Positions 8,536 through 14,829 of a stretch of DNA of 20,000 nt are shown here, piece by piece. Source of the DNA: an uncultured virus (IMG/VR IMGVR_UViG_3300048018_000259) (Duplodnaviria; Heunggongvirae; Uroviricota; Caudoviricetes; Crassvirales); IMG/VR virus record IMGVR_UViG_3300048018_000259; one strand, written 5' to 3'. Positions within the stretch are counted from its first letter, which is position 1. Every line of letters starts with the position of its first letter. A model generated the notes under the pieces. The model saw only the letters and a program-made list of their open reading frames with translations, did not search any database and was not told the DNA's origin. The position numbers were made by a program, and so were the translations under genes.

Positions 8536-9294
8536 TTAAAATAACTCGCCGCCTCTTGTATCGAAGTAATTATCTTTTAAAGGTAGTCTAGCACGCTTCC
8601 CAAAATAATCTCTATAATAGTCAGCTTCGTCTTGAGCAATTCCTGATTCTCTTCTTAGGTTGTTATATGCAGTAATCATTGCTGCATTTTTATAAGCAGG
8701 GTGATTGCTTCTTTCTATTCCAGGGGCATTTGGATTTGTGCCCAATGTTTTAGGTCCGCTGTATGTTGCATCTATTGCATCGAATATTGCATCACTCATT
8801 TCATTTTCTGTAGGGTTTGAGAATCTTGCTTCTCGTAATTTATCTCCTATTTTTGAGGATGCTTTTGCAGCTTTCTCATACTCTTTTAATATTTCTGGAT
8901 TACCTCTTATACCTCTTGTGTTTCGCGATTGCTGAATAACTCTTTCTTCTCTTCTTTTTGAAGGTGGTGTATAGCCGCCGTTAGTATCATTAAAATCGTT
9001 AAAATCTTTTAACTCTGGGTTTATTAAGGTTTGAGATGATAAATATGGGTATTTTCTAGACGGATTAATGTCTTCCATTCCACGAGGATCAAAATAAGAA
9101 TTAGTTATTTTAGTTTTAGCGCTTCGTAAATTTTTTTGGAAAGCGTTTTTACCTCTAAATGAAAATTGAGGTAAATCTAACTCACCCCCAACAATATCAG
9201 GGTCATTGCTTTTCAATTGCTCTTCATTAAATTTATCCTTCATTCTTCTAAAAGTAGTAGAGTCAAATGAGTTGTGTCCTGGTCTGTGTGCCAT
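8536..9294 (-). CDS. Hypothetical protein
   Basis: The ORF track gives 8536..9399, but the ATG at 9294 (MAHRPGH...) lies just after the upstream gene's stop at 9296 and avoids a long overlap. About 252 aa, hydrophilic. Confidence 0.6.
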   Translation of the reverse strand: MAHRPGHNSFDSTTFRRMKDKFNEEQLKSNDPDIVGGELDLPQFSFRGKNAFQKNLRSAKTKITNSYFDPRGMEDINPSRKYPYLSSQTLINPELKDFNDFNDTNGGYTPPSKRREERVIQQSRNTRGIRGNPEILKEYEKAAKASSKIGDKLREARFSNPTENEMSDAIFDAIDATYSGPKTLGTNPNAPGIERSNHPAYKNAAMITAYNNLRRESGIAQDEADYYRDYFGKRARLPLKDNYFDTRGGELF

Positions 9295-9295
9295 A

Positions 9296-9604
9296 TTATG
9301 AGTTTTTATAAGCTTCGTTTTCCCAAGGCAAATTTTTTGCCCCTTCTTCCATATCAGCTCTTGAATATTTTTTACCCTTCCAATATACGTTGTCATCATC
9401 GTAATCTAAATCACCACGCTTCATTTGATTTATATGAACCATTTCATGATTAATTACATCCTGACATTGAGAAGGATCTAAGTCTTTGTTTAATATTATA
9501 GTACCATTATTGTTAGCTTTTCCCATAACACCATCTTCCATAGGTACATTGTAAATTGGAGTATTGTCTGTTTTATACGGGGCGTTAGTGAGTTTAAAAG
9601 CCAT
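9296..9604 (-). CDS. Small zincin-like metallopeptidase-domain protein
   Basis: 102 aa with an HExxH motif (VINHEMVHINQ) and a downstream PWENEAY carrying a candidate third-ligand Glu. Confidence 0.7.
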   Translation of the reverse strand: MAFKLTNAPYKTDNTPIYNVPMEDGVMGKANNNGTIILNKDLDPSQCQDVINHEMVHINQMKRGDLDYDDDNVYWKGKKYSRADMEEGAKNLPWENEAYKNS

Positions 9605-9607
9605 CTG

Positions 9608-9763
9608 TTATTGTTTGTAAGGAAATATTTTATTTAACACTCCTTTTCTGGCTTCACAACCGCAAGGGAGGTTTAATCCCTTGCTCATTGTGTCAACCAT
9701 TGTTTTGATACCAGTAGCTTTAGTAAACTTTTCTACGCTGTCTCCTAAACCTTTTGATTTCAT
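9608..9763 (-). CDS. Small phage protein with GLGD...CGC motif
   Basis: Below the ORF-track cutoff. Hand translation (51 aa): MKSKGLGDSVEKFTKATGIKTMVDTMSKGLNLPCGCEARKGVLNKIFPYKQ*. It fills the gap between the flanking genes. Confidence 0.75.
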   Translation of the reverse strand: MKSKGLGDSVEKFTKATGIKTMVDTMSKGLNLPCGCEARKGVLNKIFPYKQ

Positions 9764-9768
9764 AAATA

Positions 9769-10149
9769 TTAACTAAAAGCTGCAGCAGTGTAAGTTACAA
9801 AAGTAGCTGGCGCTGTTATTAATATTTTTCCTTGTTGCCCTGATTGAGCTGCTGGTACTTGTGCAGTTTTTATAGGTGATCCAAGTGTAGATGTAATTCC
9901 TCCTGGGTTTGCAGTTAAAGCAGAATTAAAAGCAGCTAAAACATCTCCAGCTACTAAAGCAGCAGTGTGAGTTACTTCTACAACATCAAAAGCTGCAGCA
10001 GCGTTTAATAAAATTCTAGTTTTAGTTGTTGGATTTGCTCCAGGTCCAGCTACATCTCCAGGTATTACTGATACTACTTGGTCAATTGCTATTAATTGTT
10101 CTGGTGTATTAGCCACTCCAGTTAGTGGGATCTTTAAAAATTTTGCCAT
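9769..10149 (-). CDS. Hypothetical protein, possibly virion structural
   Basis: 126 aa, Ala/Thr/Pro/Gly-rich and low in charge, with strong T/A-ending codon usage. Confidence 0.65.
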   Translation of the reverse strand: MAKFLKIPLTGVANTPEQLIAIDQVVSVIPGDVAGPGANPTTKTRILLNAAAAFDVVEVTHTAALVAGDVLAAFNSALTANPGGITSTLGSPIKTAQVPAAQSGQQGKILITAPATFVTYTAAAFS

Positions 10150-10153
10150 TTTT

Positions 10154-10187
10154 TGTTAGTGTTAGTGTTAGTGTTAGTGTTAGTGTT
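10154..10187. repeat. Hexanucleotide tandem repeat (TGTTAG)5+TGTT; (AACACT)n on the coding strand
   Basis: Read directly from the sequence. It ends 4 nt upstream of the ATG at 10149. Confidence 0.95.
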
Positions 10188-10216
10188 TGGCTGAGGTTTG
10201 TACAGTCCTCTCTGTT

Positions 10217-10537
10217 TTACATATAATCTTTTTTAGACTTTGAATCGTCTCCTTTTTTACCGCCATACATTTTAGCTGGAGATTCAGGAGCAGCTTCAAT
10301 AGCTTTTTTTAGTCCTTCTGGTAAATTCTTTTGCCCTCCTACTAATTCTTTCTCCATTGGAGATTCCATTTTAGGTGCCATACCATGTGCTTTACCCATA
10401 GATAGGGGACTTACATGTTTTGACATCCATGATCCCCCGCTTGCAACTTTTGCTACCGGGTTGTCTTTAAGTAAATCTTTTTTTTCTTGTGCTGCGTAAC
10501 CTTTATTTTGGTTTTTCAGCGGTGCTCCGTATCCCAT
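10217..10537 (-). CDS. Low-complexity hypothetical protein
   Basis: 106 aa, Lys/Met/Gly/Pro-rich, with repeated SP-hydrophobic motifs (VSPLSM, ESPMEK, ESPAKM). Confidence 0.65.
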   Translation of the reverse strand: MGYGAPLKNQNKGYAAQEKKDLLKDNPVAKVASGGSWMSKHVSPLSMGKAHGMAPKMESPMEKELVGGQKNLPEGLKKAIEAAPESPAKMYGGKKGDDSKSKKDYM

Positions 10538-10564
10538 TGTTTTTTTATTTATTTGGTTTAATAT

Positions 10565-10924
10565 TTATCCTTCGTTATAATCGTAGTAATAAGAATTTTT
10601 ATTACTCAAATCGTTGTAATATCCTGGCTTTGGCTTAAGCTTACCTTCTTTTTGGCTTTTGCTATGAGAATGCGCAATCACGTGTTTTGCAGGGGAGTCA
10701 TGCTTTTTTTCATCATATTTCAAATCTCCAGCTAATTTTGAAATGTGCTTTTCATCAGCTGTCATGTTTTCATCGCTATGTCCATGCTTGTCATCATATT
10801 TAATATCTTGCTTAAGATAATCCATATGTGCTTCGTCATCTCGTTTTGTAGCTCCCATATTGGAATCTGTAACTTTTGACCATTTTGCGTTTCCGCTGTA
10901 TTCTCCGTAATGTCCTTTATGCAT
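10565..10924 (-). CDS. His/Asp/Lys-rich hypothetical protein
   Basis: 119 aa with an internal repeat: DDEAHMDYLKQDIKYDDKH / ADEKHISKLAGDLKYDEKKH. Confidence 0.65.
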   Translation of the reverse strand: MHKGHYGEYSGNAKWSKVTDSNMGATKRDDEAHMDYLKQDIKYDDKHGHSDENMTADEKHISKLAGDLKYDEKKHDSPAKHVIAHSHSKSQKEGKLKPKPGYYNDLSNKNSYYYDYNEG

Positions 10925-10935
10925 AATTAATTTTT

Positions 10936-11382
10936 TTAACCTAAATCAGGTAGTTCTACGTCAAATCTAGTTGTATAAGGTGATTCGTATCCTTTTCCCA
11001 TATAATATGGATTTGTTTTGTTTGATTTTTTATAGTCTGAAAGAGAAGTCATTTGCCCCTCAAAAGGTTTTTTACCTGTAACATTTTCAAACGAGCCCGT
11101 ATTATCTGAGTCTTTATCGTCATTACTCTGTTCAGCACATTTTGCTTTCAATACTTTATAAGCTCCTTCTTTTATTGTTCCTTCTGATAATTTTTGTTCT
11201 AAATTACTACAAGAATTAGTTTTTGGTGCGTAAGCCTTAGCTACATTAGCAGCTATACCATCTTGAAACTTTTGGTGTACATCATCGTAAGAAACTGTAA
11301 CCATACCACCTGCGCCTGAGCTATATGCTCCTTGCAGAGGTGATTTTTTAAAAAACGGCGATGAAAATTTAGAGCTGCTCAT
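10936..11382 (-). CDS. Hypothetical protein
   Basis: 148 aa, with a 1-nt stop/start overlap with the upstream gene at 11382. Confidence 0.65.
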   Translation of the reverse strand: MSSSKFSSPFFKKSPLQGAYSSGAGGMVTVSYDDVHQKFQDGIAANVAKAYAPKTNSCSNLEQKLSEGTIKEGAYKVLKAKCAEQSNDDKDSDNTGSFENVTGKKPFEGQMTSLSDYKKSNKTNPYYMGKGYESPYTTRFDVELPDLG

Positions 11383-11585
11383 TATTTATAAGCTTTAGCC
11401 AGCTGAGTAATGGGTCCAGCTTTATATTCACAAGGGTACTTAGATACTTGCATACCTGTTATACCAGAGCTTGATCCTACACCCATTGGAAATCCTTTTT
11501 TACTTAACGGTCCGTCCCATACAGCGTTTTCCCCAACTTGCCCGTCAAGTTTAGGATTGTTTATTATTGCTTTATCTTTATCCAT
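11382..11585 (-). CDS. Hypothetical protein
   Basis: 67 aa, in the tightly packed co-oriented run. Confidence 0.6.
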   Translation of the reverse strand: MDKDKAIINNPKLDGQVGENAVWDGPLSKKGFPMGVGSSSGITGMQVSKYPCEYKAGPITQLAKAYK

Positions 11586-11587
11586 AA

Positions 11588-11776
11588 TTATTTATTTTGT
11601 GGCATTATATTATTAAAAGATTGAGTAGGTTGAGGCTGACCAAACATATTTGGCATTTGAGATTGCATACCACCTAATGCTGTTGGATTAATCAAACTTT
11701 GTGGCATTTGATTAGGCTGAACAGGCATCCCGGTTATTGGATCTATTGCTTGCATCATTTTATTTGGTGTTTCCAT
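11588..11776 (-). CDS. Gln/Pro/Met-rich hypothetical protein
   Basis: 62 aa, low complexity, fitting between the flanking genes with 1-2 nt spacers. Confidence 0.55.
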   Translation of the reverse strand: METPNKMMQAIDPITGMPVQPNQMPQSLINPTALGGMQSQMPNMFGQPQPTQSFNNIMPQNK

Positions 11777-11777
11777 A

Positions 11778-12224
11778 TTATCTTTCTTTATCTTTGTTTA
11801 CATTTTTAATTGAAGTAATAAGAACTTTATCTGTATATGTTCTACCCTTCATAATACTGTTTCTGTGGGTGCTTACAGGCAAATCATCTTCTCCTAGTAT
11901 AATTCTATACATATACTTTATAAGATGTTTGCATTTAAACGATGTCTTGTATATGTGATACTTCTGCGTTGTTCTATTACGCTTTCTCCACACCACAATC
12001 CAACCTTCCTTAAGCAATCGATTCCACCGGCGGTTATCCCAGCTATAGGAATAGCTACCGGCTTCGAAATCTTTTTTTGTAAACATATCCATACAATCTA
12101 AATAGATAAGTAATTCTATGTCCGCATCATTTAAGTTATTGTTTCTGCAAGCCCACTTACGTATTATACGCCAGTGTTTAAACAGATTCATTTCCTTAAG
12201 ATCATCTGCGTTTAGCCTTCTCAT
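11778..12224 (-). CDS. Winged helix-turn-helix (MarR-like) DNA-binding protein
   Basis: 148 aa. LNDADIELLIYL...FTKKDF...RWNRLLKEGWIVVW...YKTSFKCK resembles the MarR helix/wing pattern (L--L---GWI...Y-LT-KG). ATGA overlap with groES. Confidence 0.55.
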   Translation of the reverse strand: MRRLNADDLKEMNLFKHWRIIRKWACRNNNLNDADIELLIYLDCMDMFTKKDFEAGSYSYSWDNRRWNRLLKEGWIVVWRKRNRTTQKYHIYKTSFKCKHLIKYMYRIILGEDDLPVSTHRNSIMKGRTYTDKVLITSIKNVNKDKER

Positions 12225-12481
12225 AAAACAACAACTACATCCTGCGCTTTAATTACGTGATATGTTTGTTTATTTATTTCTATTTTATGCCCCGCGTGCC
12301 GATCAAAAAAGATTTTGTCTTTTTCTTTTAACCCTTCTACTTGTTCGCCTAGTGATAATACTGTGGCTTGTGTATAACGAATGTCGTCACGTTGGTTTTC
12401 TGCAAGAAGTAAACCACCTTTTGTTTTAGTTGTTCCTTCTTTTAACTTTTCTATTATTATATTTCTACCTATCGCTTTCAT
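12221..12481 (-). CDS. groES: Co-chaperonin GroES (Cpn10)
   Basis: MKAIGRNIIIE...TKGGLLL...ATVLSLG...LKEKDKIFF...IEINKQTYHVIKAQDVVVVL. ATG at 12481 (the track starts at the preceding TTG). Overlaps the groEL 3' end. Confidence 0.88.
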   Translation of the reverse strand: MKAIGRNIIIEKLKEGTTKTKGGLLLAENQRDDIRYTQATVLSLGEQVEGLKEKDKIFFDRHAGHKIEINKQTYHVIKAQDVVVVL

Positions 12482-14018
12482 CAATTCTTAAATTATTGAT
12501 TACACAATCAGTTGATAATATCGTTGTTGCTACTGAAGCTGCGTTCTGAAGAGCGCTTTTGGTGACTAACAAAGGATCTATAATACCTGTTTTAATCATA
12601 TTTACCATTTTTCCTGTAACCACATTTAATCCTCGTCCTTTAGCTTTTGGTAATTCCGCTTCCGTTATACCGGCATTTTCTAATATAGTCTTAAAAGGTG
12701 CTTTAATGGCTTCTAGGAGCACTTCTTCACCTTTTGTTTTACTTACTATACTTGTTGATGCATTTAATAAAGCAATTCCACCTCCAGGCACTATACCTTC
12801 TTTAATCGCAGCTTTTGTAGCACAAATAGCATCTTCAACCCTATCTGTTTTTTCTTTTAATTCGATATCAGAATTAGCGCCTACTTTTACAATAGCTATT
12901 CTAGCCGCAAGCATTGCTAATCTTTTTTCTAATTTTATTACTTTATGAGCCGGATTGTCTTTCGACAACTCTTCTTTTAATTCAGCTATAATGTTTAAAA
13001 CTTCTTCTGTAGGTTCGTTAAACTGCAATATAGTTTCTTGATGCGTTGTAACGCTTTTTAAACAAAAGCCTAAATGCTCAACTTGAATCAAATCTAAATC
13101 ATCGCCTAAGTCTTCATTTATAATTGTAGCTCCTGTTAACAAAGCTAAATCATCAAGCATTTCTTTTTTGCTTATACCATAAGTAGGAGCATTAATAACA
13201 TTTACTTTAATGTTTCCTTTCTTTTTATTCATAGCTAAAGCAGATAAAACACCTTGTTCTAAGTCGCCGATAATCAGCAAAGGTTTGTTGTTTTTTATTA
13301 CATACTCTAGCACTGTTTGAATTTGCCTAATTGTATCAACTGGTGATTCAACTAGCAATACTAATGCGTTTTCTAATTCAGCTGATTTGCTTTGAGCGTT
13401 TGTTATAAAGTGTGAATTAGTAAGACCTTTGTCATACTGAACACCATCTACAACTTCAACTTCTGTTTTGCCATCAGCTGCTGTTTCCAGCATTACAATC
13501 CCCGTGTTATCTACGGATCTAAAAGCGTCAGCTATAATGCTTCCTAGCTTTGGATCGTTATTGGTTGATATGGTTGCTATTTGATCAATCATATCGCCTT
13601 CAACCGGTACTGATACAGATTCTAAGTATTTGATTACTTTTTCAACTGCATTGTTAATACCTTCTTTTAACTCTCTCGAGTTTGTTTTGTCCGCTACTTT
13701 ATAAGCTTCGGTTAATATTGAGTGAGCTAAGACAGTTGCGGTAGTTGTACCATCACCGGCTTCTCTCACCGTTTTTCTTGCTGCTTCTTTTAAAAGTGTT
13801 GCACCCATATTTTCAACTGGGTCTCGCAAGATAATCGAGTCTGCTACTGTTACACCGTCTTTTGTTATTACTGGATTACCGGTGTGATCTTCCAGCATTA
13901 CACATTTGCCGCTAGCCCCTAAAGTGGAGCTAACAGCTTTTGTGAGTTTTTCTATTCCTTTAAATACATTAACTCTGGCTTCGTTGCCGAAGTTAAGATT
14001 TTTGACAATTGCGTCCAT
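12465..14018 (-). CDS. groEL: Chaperonin GroEL (Cpn60), phage-encoded
   Basis: 517 aa with ITKDGVTVA, AGDGTTTATVLA, KDRVEDA-like KTDRVEDAICATKAA, GIVPGGG and GIIDPLLVTKSALQNAASVA motifs. Confidence 0.97.
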   Translation of the reverse strand: MDAIVKNLNFGNEARVNVFKGIEKLTKAVSSTLGASGKCVMLEDHTGNPVITKDGVTVADSIILRDPVENMGATLLKEAARKTVREAGDGTTTATVLAHSILTEAYKVADKTNSRELKEGINNAVEKVIKYLESVSVPVEGDMIDQIATISTNNDPKLGSIIADAFRSVDNTGIVMLETAADGKTEVEVVDGVQYDKGLTNSHFITNAQSKSAELENALVLLVESPVDTIRQIQTVLEYVIKNNKPLLIIGDLEQGVLSALAMNKKKGNIKVNVINAPTYGISKKEMLDDLALLTGATIINEDLGDDLDLIQVEHLGFCLKSVTTHQETILQFNEPTEEVLNIIAELKEELSKDNPAHKVIKLEKRLAMLAARIAIVKVGANSDIELKEKTDRVEDAICATKAAIKEGIVPGGGIALLNASTSIVSKTKGEEVLLEAIKAPFKTILENAGITEAELPKAKGRGLNVVTGKMVNMIKTGIIDPLLVTKSALQNAASVATTILSTDCVINNLRIDESDR

Positions 14019-14048
14019 ATTTGATTTGATTTAATTAAAGTGGTTTGG

Positions 14049-14366
14049 TTATTTAAAGGTTTTTACTACTTTAGGTCCGTTTAAAAATTCAACTTTCTTT
14101 TGGTAGTGTTCCACGGAACTATCTATTGCCATTTCAGCACCTTCAATAGTTTCGCGTCTGGTTACATCAATCCAGTTTTCGCAGCACGTATCCTTTTCAG
14201 GATTACATTCGCATTTTGGATCTTTGTATTCGGTTTGGTAAAAACCGTTTACTAATTGTACAATACGCCAATTCTTTTTTTCGGCTACGTGCTTCCAAAG
14301 ATTTATGGTTTCTTGCGTTACTTGTGGTTGACTAGTCCACGAATTAGTCTGGTAAAATAGTGTCAT
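14049..14366 (-). CDS. Hypothetical protein
   Basis: 105 aa with a Cys-rich insert (KCECNPEKDTCCENW). Confidence 0.7.
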   Translation of the reverse strand: MTLFYQTNSWTSQPQVTQETINLWKHVAEKKNWRIVQLVNGFYQTEYKDPKCECNPEKDTCCENWIDVTRRETIEGAEMAIDSSVEHYQKKVEFLNGPKVVKTFK

Positions 14367-14408
14367 TGGTTTTGGTTTAAGTTTGACATTGGTTATATGC
14401 TTGATAGC

Positions 14409-14424
14409 ATATTGCTATTATTAC
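14409..14424 (-). promoter_or_regulatory. Putative phage promoter motif GTAATAATAGCAATAT
   Basis: Intergenic, upstream of the 14049..14366 / groEL / groES block. Matches the copy at 8504-8519 at 14 of 16 positions. Confidence 0.4.
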
Positions 14425-14444
14425 CTGTTTTACTCAATATTTAC

Positions 14445-14825
14445 CTATTCTTCTTCGTCCTCTACTACTGGCGGTACCGGCGGTACTGGATTTTGCCATG
14501 TAAAATACAAATCTTCATTTACTGGTGTAATTTCAGATTGAATAGCTGCAGCTATGCTAGCTTGCATTGCAGGTACGTCTAACGATCCTTCTAACCATCC
14601 GATAACTACATTTTCAAAAGCTTCTGTGTCTTCGTAAGGTACAAAAGGATCTCCTGCTACATACGTGTAACTTTGTGTTCCAATGTTTGTTGATGAATAA
14701 GTTTCGCCTCCTGATTCTTCAGAACCTGTGTATCTGTAATGTACCGTGTAGATCACATTGTCTTCACCTTCTGCTTGAATGTGAGCGTTCATTTGCGGGA
14801 TATCCCATTTGTAAATAATTGCCAT
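14445..14825 (-). CDS. Tail-fibre-associated hypothetical protein (acidic)
   Basis: 126 aa, directly downstream of the tail fibre. Pattern: Y-W-I...VIYTVHY...FVPYED...VIGWL...acidic tail. A fibre assembly or adaptor role is inferred. Confidence 0.6.
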   Translation of the reverse strand: MAIIYKWDIPQMNAHIQAEGEDNVIYTVHYRYTGSEESGGETYSSTNIGTQSYTYVAGDPFVPYEDTEAFENVVIGWLEGSLDVPAMQASIAAAIQSEITPVNEDLYFTWQNPVPPVPPVVEDEEE

Positions 14826-14829
14826 AATT

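Noticed and set aside
9295..9399. N-terminal extension of the 287-aa ORF given in the track
   Set aside because: It overlaps the HExxH gene by about 100 nt. The ATG at 9294, right after that gene's stop, is the more plausible start.
12221..14018. Host chromosomal groESL operon (contamination or prophage boundary)
   Set aside because: Gene order is reversed, the sequence is divergent with no GGM tail, and it is embedded seamlessly among co-oriented phage genes.
14395..14418. Overlapping short inverted repeats (ATATGC/GCATAT and ATAGCA/TGCTAT) as an intrinsic terminator
   Set aside because: The stems are only 6 bp and AT-rich with no U-tract on the coding strand. Too weak to call, although they overlap the candidate promoter motif.
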